A stretch of 64,000 nucleotides of DNA from SAR324 cluster bacterium JCVI-SC AAA005 (GCA_000224765.2 AGAU01000064.1:12508-76507), one strand, 5' to 3'. Positions 1 to 10,621 are shown, counted from the stretch's first letter. Numbers and translations: made by a program. The notes: generated by a model from the letters alone, not told the origin.

Positions 1-366
1 GAAGGCCTTGTTTTAAAGTATGGTATGGAACGACATTGCCAAAGAGTAAGAGCGTCTGAAGTTCCTGTTTTGGATTTGGAAGATCCGAATTCTGGTGGGA
101 GAAAAAAAATTAGAGACGAAGTAGCCCTAGCTTTATCAGAAGACCGAAGTGATGCGATTGTAATGGGTTGCGCTGGGATGGTTCATTTCGCAAGGGAGAT
201 GTCTGAAGAATTTCAAGTCCCTGTGATTGATGGAGTCACTTCTGCTGTAAAGCTGGTAGAAAGCCTTGTTTCTCTGGGCCTACAAACCAGCAAAAGAAAT
301 GGTTATGCATTTCCTCGAGCGAAAAAATACTTGGGTCGTTTCCAAAAGGATCAACCCAGGGGCTGA
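1..366 (+). CDS. hpxA: Asp/Glu/hydantoin racemase family, likely allantoin racemase (5' truncated by window)
   Basis: Frame open from base 1; DAIVMGCAGM and VPVIDGVTSAVK motifs; directly upstream of puuE. Confidence 0.8.
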   Translation, partial: EGLVLKYGMERHCQRVRASEVPVLDLEDPNSGGRKKIRDEVALALSEDRSDAIVMGCAGMVHFAREMSEEFQVPVIDGVTSAVKLVESLVSLGLQTSKRNGYAFPRAKKYLGRFQKDQPRG

Positions 367-399
367 ATTCGTTAGTTTTTGCCTCTATCTAGGTATTTC

Positions 400-1341
400 A
401 TGGGATTACATCATTCATGTCCTAGAAACTTGTTGGGTTACGGACCTGAACCGCCTGATCCACAGTGGCCAAATCAAGCCAAAGTAGCTGTTCAATTTGT
501 ACTCAACTACGAAGAAGGTGGCGAAAACTGTGTGCTTTATGGTGATCCCCACTCTGAAAGCTACCTTTGGGAAATAGTCGGTGCGCCCGGTTTGGCCGGT
601 GTTCGCAACATGAATATTGAGTCGATCTATGAGTACGGCAGCCGCTCCGGGGTTTGGCGCATTCTGAGGCTATTTCGTGAAATTGGATTACCCTTAACTG
701 TTTATGCAGTTGGGATGGCTCTTGAGAGGAATCCAAACGTCGCAGCAAGAATGCTCGCTGATGGTCATGAAATCGCTACTCATGGTTACCGATGGATTGA
801 TTACCAGTACGTCGGTGAAGAAACAGAAAGAGCCCATCTGCAAAAAGCTATTGAAATACAGCGACAACTAACGGGGAGTCGACCGCTTGGTTGCTACATT
901 GGGCGAATCAGTCCAAACACTCGTAGGATTGTTGCGGAGGAAGGTGGATTCCTTTACAACTCTGATGTTTACAATGATGATCTCCCCTATTGGGAATTAC
1001 ACGGTGAAAAACCTCTGCTGCTGGTTCCCTACACTCTGGATGTAAATGACATGAAGTTTGGTACAGCCCAGGGATTTAACACCGGAGAAGATTTTTTCAA
1101 TTATGCGAGAGCCGCTTTTGATACGCTTTACAAAGAAGGTGAGACGTCTCCCAAGATGATGTCAATAGGGCTACATTGCCGTTTGATTGGGCGCCCAGGC
1201 CGCTTCGAGGGATTATGTAAATTTGTAGAGCATATTCAACAGCATGAACGAGTTTGGGTCACACGCAGGGTAGATATCGCTAAACATTGGCACAAAATTC
1301 ATCCAGTTGAGAAGTGGCTTGATTTGGGAACTGTTGGATGA
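400..1341 (+). CDS. puuE: Allantoinase PuuE (polysaccharide deacetylase fold)
   Basis: NYEEGGE, ESIYEYGSR, HGYRW, YTLDVNDM and MSIGLHCR motifs; ATG at 400 preferred; purine operon context. Confidence 0.92.
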   Translation: MGLHHSCPRNLLGYGPEPPDPQWPNQAKVAVQFVLNYEEGGENCVLYGDPHSESYLWEIVGAPGLAGVRNMNIESIYEYGSRSGVWRILRLFREIGLPLTVYAVGMALERNPNVAARMLADGHEIATHGYRWIDYQYVGEETERAHLQKAIEIQRQLTGSRPLGCYIGRISPNTRRIVAEEGGFLYNSDVYNDDLPYWELHGEKPLLLVPYTLDVNDMKFGTAQGFNTGEDFFNYARAAFDTLYKEGETSPKMMSIGLHCRLIGRPGRFEGLCKFVEHIQQHERVWVTRRVDIAKHWHKIHPVEKWLDLGTVG

Positions 1342-1841
1342 ACTTCTCAGACTTCCAAATTTTGCCAATAGAAGATGCTGAGGAAGCTCTTTTGTGTTGT
1401 TGTAGCTCCCGGAATTGGGCAAACAAAATGGCCCAATCAAGACCTTTTGGATCATTGGAAGCGATGCACAACGTAGCCACCCAGATTTGGGAGGATTTGA
1501 AAGTCCAAGATTGGTTGGAAGCTTTTGAGCATCATCCAAGAATTGGAGATCGACAAGCGCTGGCTGCTCGTTTTGCTAGTACTAGAAATTGGTCTGCTAA
1601 CGAACAGGTCGGGGTAGAAAAGGCTGAAGAAGATATTCTTGATAGACTTGCATCTGGCAATGAAAAATATTCTCAGCGATTTGGATACGTCTTTTTGGTA
1701 TGTGCTGCAGGTAAGTCAGCGCTTGAAATGCTGAATTTGCTTGAAGCACGAATCAATAATTCTCCTGAAGAAGAACTTCAGATAGCTCAACAAGAGCAAC
1801 AAAAAATCATGTTGCTACGCATCGATAAAATGTTCGAATAA
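1338..1841 (+). CDS. uraD: OHCU decarboxylase
   Basis: HHPRIG, SANEQ, YSQRFGYVFLVCA and EQQKI motifs; adjacent to uraH. Confidence 0.9.
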   Translation: MNFSDFQILPIEDAEEALLCCCSSRNWANKMAQSRPFGSLEAMHNVATQIWEDLKVQDWLEAFEHHPRIGDRQALAARFASTRNWSANEQVGVEKAEEDILDRLASGNEKYSQRFGYVFLVCAAGKSALEMLNLLEARINNSPEEELQIAQQEQQKIMLLRIDKMFE

Positions 1842-1849
1842 TCCAAAAA

Positions 1850-2191
1850 ATGAGTCCAATCACTACCCACATACTTGATACTGCTAAAGGTAGTCCGGCT
1901 GAGAATGTTCCAATTCAGTTGGAATCATGGGTCAAATCCAAATGGCAACTGCTCGGAAAAGGATCGACTAATGCCGATGGAAGACTAACGAACCTGATGG
2001 GGCCAGGCACATTATCTAAAGGCAATTATCGAATAAGTTTTGACGTCAAGGATTACTACAGATCACAAAATATCCAAAGCTTCTTCTACCCTGTGGTCAG
2101 AATTGAGTTCGAAATTCTGAATCCAGAGCAGCATTATCATGTCCCCTTATTGTTAAGCCCCTTCGGTTATTCGACCTACAGAGGCAGTTAA
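1850..2191 (+). CDS. uraH: 5-hydroxyisourate hydrolase (transthyretin-like)
   Basis: ITTHILDT, HYHVPLLLSP and C-terminal YRGS. Confidence 0.95.
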   Translation: MSPITTHILDTAKGSPAENVPIQLESWVKSKWQLLGKGSTNADGRLTNLMGPGTLSKGNYRISFDVKDYYRSQNIQSFFYPVVRIEFEILNPEQHYHVPLLLSPFGYSTYRGS

Positions 2192-2219
2192 GAGAAACTA
2201 ATGTCATTTTTAGGAATAC

Positions 2220-3233
2220 ATGACTGATACGGTAATTCAGCATACTATTCAAATTCCTCATTATGTCGGCCCAACTACAAATCTCTGTTCACCAAGACTT
2301 GGAACGGTTGCCTTGCGTTGTAGCGATGATAGCTTTGCGTCTCGGGAACGGATGTTGGCTGAAACAGATCCTGTTTTCAAACCAGATGTTTACGATGATT
2401 TTGGAAAATGGATGGACGGTTGGGAAAGTAAACGTCGGCGGTATGGCGGACATGACTGGTGTGTGATTCGTTTGGGAGTCCCAGGAGATTTGGTAGGCCT
2501 AGAATTGGATACAACCCACTTTACGGGCAATTTTCCTCCAGCAGCTTCAGTTTGGGGGTCTAAAGAAGAGGATGATCCTGGAGATGCATCCGAAAGTTGG
2601 GAGGAAATTCTGGAATCTGTCAGCCTTGGTCCATCGAAACGACATTTTTTCGATTGCCAGCAGCTTGGCCCATGGCGTTGGTTGAGATTGAACATTTATC
2701 CTGATGGAGGCATTGCACGATTCCGAGCATATGGAAACGTTATTCCTGACTGGTCAAGATCAGGGTCGGAGATTGAGTTGTCTGGTCTCAAAAACGGAGG
2801 AAGAATCGTAGCATACAATGACGCTCACTATGGAAATGTGCAGGCTGTCTTGGATTCTGGCAGAGGTATTAATATGGGTGATGGCTGGGAAACTAGGCGT
2901 CGTCGTGAACCGGGTTTTGATTGGTTATTGGTTGCTCTGGGTGCACTTGGAAAAGCTAACAGAATCGAAGTGGATACCTCTTTCTACAAAGGAAATTCAC
3001 CCGCAAAATGTTCGGTCCAGGGGCAGAACATTGAATGGGGGACTGACCAATCTCTTATTACCCAGTCCATGTTTTGGCCAGAATTGCTGACTGCCAAGGA
3101 TCTAACCCCAAATACAATCCATCAATTTGAATTGAAGGATCTCGAAAAAATAGGACCTATCAGCCATGTCAAACTAAACATTTATCCTGATGGAGGTATT
3201 TCACGATTCCGGGTTTTTGGGAGTAAACTGTGA
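2220..3233 (+). CDS. alc: Allantoicase
   Basis: Two repeats, DGWESKRRR and DGWETRRRR, each followed by LNIYPDGGI. Confidence 0.93.
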   Translation: MTDTVIQHTIQIPHYVGPTTNLCSPRLGTVALRCSDDSFASRERMLAETDPVFKPDVYDDFGKWMDGWESKRRRYGGHDWCVIRLGVPGDLVGLELDTTHFTGNFPPAASVWGSKEEDDPGDASESWEEILESVSLGPSKRHFFDCQQLGPWRWLRLNIYPDGGIARFRAYGNVIPDWSRSGSEIELSGLKNGGRIVAYNDAHYGNVQAVLDSGRGINMGDGWETRRRREPGFDWLLVALGALGKANRIEVDTSFYKGNSPAKCSVQGQNIEWGTDQSLITQSMFWPELLTAKDLTPNTIHQFELKDLEKIGPISHVKLNIYPDGGISRFRVFGSKL

Positions 3234-3715
3234 TTGAGGTTAAACCAGAACCATTGACGGAAGAAAGCTTTGCTCCCTTTGGCCGGGTGATCGAACCGAA
3301 CAATGCAAAATCCTTTATGATCAATGAGGGGACTACAGAGAGACACCATGCTCTATCCAAGGTAGAGTTAGATGACGGTGCGGCAATTTTGTCGATTTTT
3401 AGAGGACGTTCTCGGCCCCGTCCCCTGGAACTTAAGCTAGTTGAAAGACACCCACTGGGATCCCAGGCGTTTGTTCCTTTACAGGCCGAGCCCTGGCTGG
3501 TTGTTGTGGCAACTGAACCCAAGCCTGAGGCAGTGAGATGTTTTTTAGCCCAAGGTAATCAAGGGGTGCAGTACTCAAAAGGTGTTTGGCACCATCCGTT
3601 ACTTACTTTGGTTTCCAAGCAAGATTTTCTGATTGTTGATCGCGAAGGCCCGGGAAAAAATTTAGAGGAAGTACATTGGGATGAAGGTGCACGCATCCTG
3701 ATTTCCAACATTTAA
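3230..3715 (+). CDS. allA: Ureidoglycolate lyase
   Basis: FAPFG, ERHPLGSQAF, GVWHHP and FLIVDR motifs. Confidence 0.92.
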   Translation: MIEVKPEPLTEESFAPFGRVIEPNNAKSFMINEGTTERHHALSKVELDDGAAILSIFRGRSRPRPLELKLVERHPLGSQAFVPLQAEPWLVVVATEPKPEAVRCFLAQGNQGVQYSKGVWHHPLLTLVSKQDFLIVDREGPGKNLEEVHWDEGARILISNI

Positions 3716-3729
3716 AGTAGGAATCCTTT

Positions 3730-4326
3730 ATGAATCCGCTTCCTCACAAAATTGAATTGTATCTGCCTGAATGGATTCCGGATTTTTTGAAGGATCAACC
3801 GGATTTTTTTCTGAGTACTGAAGAACGAATGAAATTGGTGCTAGGTCTAACTGATCGACAAATTGTGGAGGGGACTGGAGGACCATTTGGGGCTGCAGTT
3901 TTTGAGTTAGAATCAGGTAGATTGATTTCTGTTGGAGTCAATCGAGTTGTTGTCACAGGCTGTTCGACAGCGCACGCTGAGGTGGTGGCTCTGAGCCTTG
4001 CACAGAAAGCAGTTGGCACTCATGATTTGGGGGCTGAAGGACTTCCAGAATTCCAAATCGTGGTCAACGCTCAGATGTGTGCAATGTGTTTGGGAGCTGT
4101 AATTTGGTCTGGAGTCAGAGAAGTTTGTTATGCAGCATCCAGTCAAGAAGTTGAACAAATTACAGGATTTGATGAAGGTCCCTTACCCAGCAACATAGAA
4201 AGTGTCTTACGGCAACGAGGTATTCGTTTGAATGAAGGAATTATGGTGGAGGAAAGTAAACGCCTGCTTGAAAAATATGTGATCAGGGGTGGATTAGTTT
4301 ACAACGCAACCAGAACTGTCAAGTGA
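3730..4326 (+). CDS. guaD: Guanine deaminase, cytidine-deaminase superfamily (resembles Nitrosomonas NE0047)
   Basis: GGPFGAAVF, AHAE, CAMC Zn motif, GFDEGP and C-terminal YNA; purine operon context. Confidence 0.75.
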   Translation: MNPLPHKIELYLPEWIPDFLKDQPDFFLSTEERMKLVLGLTDRQIVEGTGGPFGAAVFELESGRLISVGVNRVVVTGCSTAHAEVVALSLAQKAVGTHDLGAEGLPEFQIVVNAQMCAMCLGAVIWSGVREVCYAASSQEVEQITGFDEGPLPSNIESVLRQRGIRLNEGIMVEESKRLLEKYVIRGGLVYNATRTVK

Positions 4327-5849
4327 ACCCTGTTCTGGAACTTCAGAAAATCCACAAAGAGTTTCCAGGAATTGTTGCAAACGATCGGATCGACCTTACT
4401 TTAAATCGTGGGGAAATACATACGATTCTCGGTGAAAATGGGGCCGGAAAATCAACGCTGATGAACATTATTAGTGGTCTTTACATTCCAGATTCCGGTT
4501 CAATGTTGCTTGAGGGAAAACCCCTCTACATTAAGAATCCAGCCCAAGCCATCGCAAACGGTGTGGGGATGGTACATCAGCATTTTATGCTGATTCCAAA
4601 TCACAGTGTCTCTGAAAACATCATTCTAGGGACTCCTCAATCGTTTCGCTTACAGAAATCAAAAGTTCGTCAGCAGATCAAGGAATTGGGAATACGTTAT
4701 GGCCTGGAATTGAACCCAGATCTGCGTGTTCAAGACCTTTCAGTGGGGGAACAACAAAAAGTTGAAATTCTCAAGGTTCTGTTTAGGGGAGCCAAAATTC
4801 TGATCCTAGATGAACCCACTGCTGTACTGACTCCCCAAGAATCTGAGGCGCTTTACAAAATCCTTTACCAAATGAAAAAAGATGGACACTCCATTCTTTT
4901 TATCTCACACAAGATGCGAGAGGTCATCGAACTCTCCGATCGAATCACGGTTCTGCGTCACGGGAAGATTAAGGCTACTCGAAATAGAGGCGAGACCAAT
5001 TCTTCAGAATTAGCCAATTTGATGATGGGAGAAAGTACAATTCAAACGGCTGAGATCAAAACAAAAGCTTTAAAAGTCTCACCAGATCAATGTCAAAATA
5101 CAACTATCGTCAGGTTGAAAAACGCCGGATTGCGTCATGAACTTGGTCATTGGTTGCTGCAAAATATCAACCTGGAAATCCGTGCTGGACAGATTGTTGG
5201 CTTGGCTGGAGTGGCTGGTAGTGGACAGGCCTCTCTTGCAGAAGTTCTTGTTGGCCTGAGAGGTTTGGATACTGGAGAATACGAGTTTGCTGGCGAGGAG
5301 CAAAAAGTCGCATCGGTTTCAAAACTCATTCATAAAGGTGTTGGCTACATTCCAGAGGATCGTAAACGTTATGGTATTGCTCCTCATCTTGAAGTAGCAG
5401 AAAATTTTCTTTTGAGGGATTTGCACAACCACCGATTTCAAAGCAGAGGATGGCTACAGCGAGACAAGGTTATTGCTTTTGGTAAAGAGCGTATGAGATC
5501 TTTTGACGTCAGGGCAGCGTCTGAAAAAATTCCCATTGGCCAGCTATCTGGTGGAAACATGCAAAAAGTCATTTTGGCCCGCGAAACTTCAAGACCATTA
5601 AAATTTTTGCTGGCAGCACAGCCCGTGCGAGGACTTGATTTTCATGCGAGTGCTTTTCTGCAGAATAAACTGCTTCAAGCGCGTGCAGACGGATTGGCTA
5701 TTTTGCTTATTTCAGAAGATCTTGAAGAATTACTTTTAATGAGTGATTACCTTTATGTCATTTGCCGCGGGAGTATTGTTGGCGAAATGCCAAAAGAAGA
5801 AGCGGAGATTGAAAAAATTGGTCTGCTAATGACAGGCGAAAGGGCCTAA
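4323..5849 (+). CDS. CUT2/nucleoside ABC transporter ATP-binding protein (two NBDs)
   Basis: GENGAGKST, LSVGEQQ, LDEPT and LSGGNMQK. Confidence 0.92.
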   Translation: MNPVLELQKIHKEFPGIVANDRIDLTLNRGEIHTILGENGAGKSTLMNIISGLYIPDSGSMLLEGKPLYIKNPAQAIANGVGMVHQHFMLIPNHSVSENIILGTPQSFRLQKSKVRQQIKELGIRYGLELNPDLRVQDLSVGEQQKVEILKVLFRGAKILILDEPTAVLTPQESEALYKILYQMKKDGHSILFISHKMREVIELSDRITVLRHGKIKATRNRGETNSSELANLMMGESTIQTAEIKTKALKVSPDQCQNTTIVRLKNAGLRHELGHWLLQNINLEIRAGQIVGLAGVAGSGQASLAEVLVGLRGLDTGEYEFAGEEQKVASVSKLIHKGVGYIPEDRKRYGIAPHLEVAENFLLRDLHNHRFQSRGWLQRDKVIAFGKERMRSFDVRAASEKIPIGQLSGGNMQKVILARETSRPLKFLLAAQPVRGLDFHASAFLQNKLLQARADGLAILLISEDLEELLLMSDYLYVICRGSIVGEMPKEEAEIEKIGLLMTGERA

Positions 5850-5855
5850 TAGCTC

Positions 5856-6917
5856 GTGTTTGAACTTGAACGTAGGTTGGAGACGCCACTGAGCGTTCAA
5901 GTTGTAGTCACGGTTGGCTCGATTGTCCTCGCATTGATATTGGGTAGCGTTCTTCTTGCGGTGGTAGGGGTAGACCCCATTGAGGCCTATCCAAGTGTGG
6001 GTGCCCTAATGTTCTTCGATCAATGGGGCTGGCAGGATCTGTTTCTCAAAATGACCCCTTTACTCTTGACAGGATTGGGGGTCGCCATTGCGGCTCAACT
6101 CAATCTGTGGAATATCGGAGCGGAGGGACAGCTTTATCTGGGAGCTATAGCAACCACTTGGTTAGCGCTTGAGTACAGCGAGGCACTTGATGCTCATTTC
6201 ATGTTGCCAATACTCCTTATTGGGACCTTCGTTGCAGGTGGTATGTGGGCTGCCATTCCAGCTGGGCTGCGCTCTTGGTTTGGGGTGAATGAAATCATCA
6301 CAACCTTGTTATTAAATTATGTGGCCATCAGCCTTGCTGATTACCTATTATACGGGGCTTGGCGAGATCCCAGTACATTGAATTTCCCAATGACACGGTC
6401 TTTTGGGGAGTCTTCCTTCTTACCAATGATTGGTTCCACAACGGTTCATTGGGGTTTGCCACTTGGGATTATATTAGCATTTTTGACTTGGGTCCTACTG
6501 AAGTCCACCACAATTGGCTTCCAAATCAGGGTGGCTGGAGATAATCTTTCGGCAGCAGATTACGCAGGCTTCAATACAAAGAATCTTCTTTTCATTGTGC
6601 TTGTTTTAAGTGGTGCCGTTGCCGCTCTAGCTGGAATGACTGAGGTAGCAGGGGTTCACCACAGGTTGCAGCAGAATTTCTCTATAAACTATGGCTACAC
6701 AGGCATTATTGTTTCCCGTCTGGCTAGAAATCATCCAATAGGGGTCATTGGAACCGCATTTCTGCTGGCAGTAATTTTTGTTGGAGGAGAGTTACTTCAA
6801 GTTGAGTATCAACTTCCGATTGCTGTGATCTATCTTTTTGAGGGATTACTACTTTTCACGGTGATTGGATCAGAACTTTTTTTAAGCTATCGCCTTCGCA
6901 GAAGAGTTGCCGTTTGA
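5856..6917 (+). CDS. Purine/nucleoside ABC transporter permease
   Basis: WNIGAEGQ and NEIITTLLLNY; multiple TM segments. Confidence 0.9.
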   Translation: MFELERRLETPLSVQVVVTVGSIVLALILGSVLLAVVGVDPIEAYPSVGALMFFDQWGWQDLFLKMTPLLLTGLGVAIAAQLNLWNIGAEGQLYLGAIATTWLALEYSEALDAHFMLPILLIGTFVAGGMWAAIPAGLRSWFGVNEIITTLLLNYVAISLADYLLYGAWRDPSTLNFPMTRSFGESSFLPMIGSTTVHWGLPLGIILAFLTWVLLKSTTIGFQIRVAGDNLSAADYAGFNTKNLLFIVLVLSGAVAALAGMTEVAGVHHRLQQNFSINYGYTGIIVSRLARNHPIGVIGTAFLLAVIFVGGELLQVEYQLPIAVIYLFEGLLLFTVIGSELFLSYRLRRRVAV

Positions 6918-7852
6918 CAACTCCAGAACTACTGACCATCATTCTGACCACAGCAGTTACAATGGGAACACCTCTGTTATTTGCAACATTGGGTGGTGTG
7001 CTCAGTGAGAGAGCAGGAGTGATTCACCTAGGCATGGAGGGGATCATGCTCGTCAGTGCTTTGGTGACATTTGTTGTGGACTTACAGACAGGTTCCAAAG
7101 TTTTGGCCTTGATAGGAGCGATGATGGCCGCTGGCGCATTATCTGGTCTACATGGTTTTGTTTGCATCAGTCTCCGTGGGAATCAAATAGCTTCTGGATT
7201 GGCGCTAGCACTCTTTGGAACGGGTCTCAGTGGACTTTTTGGAGATGCTCTGATTGGAAGCACAGTCACCTCGTTAAACAGAATTCCGATTCCAGGATTG
7301 GAGTTGATACCAATTTTTGGCAGTGCCTTCTTTAATCAGGATTGGTTGGTCTACCTGTCTTATTTTTTGGTAGCTGGATTATGGTTTATGCTTTTTCACA
7401 CAAACTGGGGACTGCAGATTCGCTCAGTTGGAGAAGCTCCTATTGTATGTGATGCACTCGGTTTATCAGTAGCAAAGATCCGCTACCTATGTGTAATTTT
7501 TGGTGGAATGCTAATTGGTCTTGGTGGGGCTTATTTCCCTCTGGTGCTTACTTCGTTTTGGGTAGATGATCTTACAGCTGGTCGTGGTTGGATTGCAGTG
7601 GCACTGGTGATCTTTGCGTTCTGGCATCCGGGTAAGGCCTTGTGGGGAGCTTATCTTTTTGGGGCTGCAATCGCTTTCCAACTCCAGGCTCAAGTCATGG
7701 GTTTGAAGATTCCATCTTATATTTTGGAAATGTTCCCTTATTTGTTGACCATCGTTGTATTGACGGTGGTTACTGTGCGCAATCGCCGGGCGGGGCAGAC
7801 CTTTATGCCAGCAGCACTGGGATTGCCCTTCTATCGTGGCGATAAGCACTAG
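6914..7852 (+). CDS. Purine/nucleoside ABC transporter permease
   Basis: SERAGVIHLGMEG, GRGWIAVALV and MFPYLLT. Confidence 0.9.
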   Translation: MTTPELLTIILTTAVTMGTPLLFATLGGVLSERAGVIHLGMEGIMLVSALVTFVVDLQTGSKVLALIGAMMAAGALSGLHGFVCISLRGNQIASGLALALFGTGLSGLFGDALIGSTVTSLNRIPIPGLELIPIFGSAFFNQDWLVYLSYFLVAGLWFMLFHTNWGLQIRSVGEAPIVCDALGLSVAKIRYLCVIFGGMLIGLGGAYFPLVLTSFWVDDLTAGRGWIAVALVIFAFWHPGKALWGAYLFGAAIAFQLQAQVMGLKIPSYILEMFPYLLTIVVLTVVTVRNRRAGQTFMPAALGLPFYRGDKH

Positions 7853-7890
7853 CTTTCGTCACCCAACATTGTGCAATGGAGAAGTGCCTC

Positions 7891-8943
7891 ATGATCAAGC
7901 ATTTACTGACCATCTCGGTTGCCCTCATGCTATGGCTCCCGAACTTCGCCTCTGCGGCTGATCCCAAAGTGGCTTTTATCTATGTTGGACCTGTAGGAGA
8001 TGGCGGCTGGACTTACGCCCACGATTTGGGTCGTCAGCATCTGGAGAAAATGGGAGTAGAAACTACCTATGTCGAAAGTGTTCCGGAGACAGATTCGGAA
8101 CGTGTTTTGAGAAATTTAGCTCGTCGGGGGTATGATATTATCTTCACCACAAGTTTTGGTTACATGGATCCGACCCTGAATGTTGCAAAGCAATTTCCCG
8201 AGACAATCTTCATGCACGCTAGTGGTTTTAGGACCCATGATAATATGGGTAACTACTTTGCTCGCATGTACCAAGCTCGATATCTAGTGGGAATGGTTGC
8301 AGGAATGATGACCAAGACCGATAATATTGGGATCATCGGTTCTCATCCTATCCCAGAAATCATTCGTCATATCAATGCATTTACCTTGGGGGTTCGATCA
8401 GTAAATCCAAAAGCTACTACTCAGGTTATCTGGGTAAACTCTTGGTTTGACCCCGCCAAAGAAGGTGCCGCTGCAAATAGCTTGATGGATAACGGAGCTG
8501 ATATTGTGACCATTACTACAGACTCAGCCGCAGCGACTCAAACAGCTGCAAAGAGAGGACTTTACGCGATTGGCAATGATTCAGACATGTCTCTTTATGG
8601 CCCAGAAGCGCATTTAACAGCAAACATCTTCAATTGGGGCATATACTATGAGCACGTTTACAATCAAGTGAAGAATGGCACTTGGAAGTCCTCTAGCGAT
8701 TGGTGGGGAATTGAGACAGGAGCTGTTGACATATCTCCATTTGGTAAGATGGTCCCAAAGAACATCCAAGATCTGGTTATGGCCAAAAAGGACGAGATTG
8801 CTAGCGGTGAATTTCTAGTCTTTAAAGGTCCGGTTAAAGGGCAAGATGGATCGACAGCTATTGCTGCAGGTGTGGTTCCATCAGACCAAGACCTACTCAG
8901 CATGATGTATTATGTTGAAGGTGTAGTGGGAGATATCCCTTAA
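7891..8943 (+). CDS. BMP family ABC substrate-binding protein (purine/nucleobase)
   Basis: Signal peptide; YVGPVGDGGWTYAHD, TSFGY and SWFDPAKE. Confidence 0.9.
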   Translation: MIKHLLTISVALMLWLPNFASAADPKVAFIYVGPVGDGGWTYAHDLGRQHLEKMGVETTYVESVPETDSERVLRNLARRGYDIIFTTSFGYMDPTLNVAKQFPETIFMHASGFRTHDNMGNYFARMYQARYLVGMVAGMMTKTDNIGIIGSHPIPEIIRHINAFTLGVRSVNPKATTQVIWVNSWFDPAKEGAAANSLMDNGADIVTITTDSAAATQTAAKRGLYAIGNDSDMSLYGPEAHLTANIFNWGIYYEHVYNQVKNGTWKSSSDWWGIETGAVDISPFGKMVPKNIQDLVMAKKDEIASGEFLVFKGPVKGQDGSTAIAAGVVPSDQDLLSMMYYVEGVVGDIP

Positions 8944-8946
8944 TAA

Positions 8947-9822
8947 TCAGATTCTGTTTTTCAGGAAAAAGCGAATCGCCTGTGCAACAGGCTTTGGATT
9001 GTCTAGGTGAAGATGATGTCCTCCAGGGAGGAGGACATCCTGCAAGTCTGGTACGTACTCGCATCGCGCCCGCATTCTCTGTTGCCAATCTGGGTTTTCC
9101 TGAAAATAAAAGTCACCATGAATCAGTAGGGTAGGGCAACGAATTTGCTTCAAAAACTCAATGATCTGTTCCTCTGAAAAATAGGTTCTAGATCCTACAC
9201 GAAGTCTAGGATCTGAAGCCCAAGTCACCCCGTTTTCCACCATCCGGACCCCCCGTTGGACCAGCGTTCTCACGGAGTTTAACTTCATCCCTCCAACCTT
9301 ATAACGTGCCTGAACTGCGGCTTCCAAGTCTGGGTACAAAGGCATGCTCTTGCGTTCTATACTTTTCATCCCTTCCATAGAGAGTCTGAGCGCTCTGGGA
9401 CCAAAGCTGTCTCGCCTTGAGAAAGGTCCTAATCCTTCAATTAAAATTGTGTTTTGAACTCTTTCTGGAAGCACTCCAGCCATCAAAGCTGCCACTGCAG
9501 CACCCATGCTGTGTCCCATTAGATTGAATTTCTTCCAGCCAAATTGATCTGCGACACGGAACATCAAATCAATAGAATCTGCAAAATGATATGCGATGCC
9601 GTGAGGCAGGTGATCCGAGAAACCATGTCCATGAAAATCCAATGATACTAGGCGAAGTTCGGGTAGAAGTGGGGCAATGTGATCATATGTCGCTGCATTA
9701 TCCAGCCATCCATGCATCCCAAGAAATGGGATTCCATTCTCTGGACCCCAGCAGCGAGCTGCAAATCGTAAATGTGGAAGCCGAATATCAATTTCGCGAA
9801 AAGGGTTATTACTCGTGACCAA
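8947..9822 (-). CDS. Alpha/beta fold hydrolase
   Basis: HGWLDNA, GHSMG nucleophile elbow and GGHHLH. Confidence 0.9.
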   Translation of the reverse strand: MVTSNNPFREIDIRLPHLRFAARCWGPENGIPFLGMHGWLDNAATYDHIAPLLPELRLVSLDFHGHGFSDHLPHGIAYHFADSIDLMFRVADQFGWKKFNLMGHSMGAAVAALMAGVLPERVQNTILIEGLGPFSRRDSFGPRALRLSMEGMKSIERKSMPLYPDLEAAVQARYKVGGMKLNSVRTLVQRGVRMVENGVTWASDPRLRVGSRTYFSEEQIIEFLKQIRCPTLLIHGDFYFQENPDWQQRMRARCEYVPDLQDVLLPGGHHLHLDNPKPVAQAIRFFLKNRI

Positions 9823-9832
9823 AGGTCTTAGC

Positions 9833-10618
9833 TCAGGTTTCAGAAAGGAAGTATTTTAGCGTCTTCATGAGCGCTTCAGGCTGTTGAATATGAATCCAAT
9901 GGCCACAATTTTTAAGCCGAACTAATCGATGATTTGGAAACCAACGATGTAAAATAGTTTGATGTTGGGTTTGGATGTAATTTGAATTTTTCCCAGCTAT
10001 GAATAAGGTGTTTCCATCAAATGGTAGCATCTTCGAGTCAATCGGAAAATCCAGTAAATTATTCAAGTTTTCTTCTAGTGCCTTCAAATTTATTTTCCAA
10101 CTAGATTGGCCTGCTCGGATTTCAAGGTTTGTCAGTAAAAATGACCTAATTGTGCTCTCCTGAATAGACTTGCTAAGAAGTTGATCAACTTCAGTACGAG
10201 TGAGTCCATGTTTAAGTGGAATGTCACTTAATGCTTGAAGATAATTTCTGTGACCGTCTCCATGCGTATAGACTACAGGTGAGATATCCCCGACAATAAG
10301 ATTTTGTATTTTTTGGGGATGCCGTAGTGCCAACTGCATTGCGGTCTTTCCTCCCATAGAGTGTCCAAGAATAGAAACACTACCTGCAGTTTTTTGTTCC
10401 AGAAACAGTAGGACATCTTCTAACATCTTAACATAATCCATTTCCTCAGAATCAGGGGATCTTCCGTGATTCCTTAAATCTACTAGAGAAATTCGGAAAT
10501 CCTTCGAAAGCTTTTTAGCAAAGCTTCTCCAATTGTTGCCAGATCCAAACAGTCCATGAAGAATAATCAGATCTGGTCCTTCTCCAAATTGTACGTGATG
10601 AAGTTCTAGCGCTGCCAC
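9833..10618 (-). CDS. ybfF: YbfF-like esterase (alpha/beta hydrolase)
   Basis: LHGLFGS, DLRNHG, GHSMGGK and GHWIH. Confidence 0.8.
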   Translation of the reverse strand: MAALELHHVQFGEGPDLIILHGLFGSGNNWRSFAKKLSKDFRISLVDLRNHGRSPDSEEMDYVKMLEDVLLFLEQKTAGSVSILGHSMGGKTAMQLALRHPQKIQNLIVGDISPVVYTHGDGHRNYLQALSDIPLKHGLTRTEVDQLLSKSIQESTIRSFLLTNLEIRAGQSSWKINLKALEENLNNLLDFPIDSKMLPFDGNTLFIAGKNSNYIQTQHQTILHRWFPNHRLVRLKNCGHWIHIQQPEALMKTLKYFLSET

Positions 10619-10621
10619 TGC

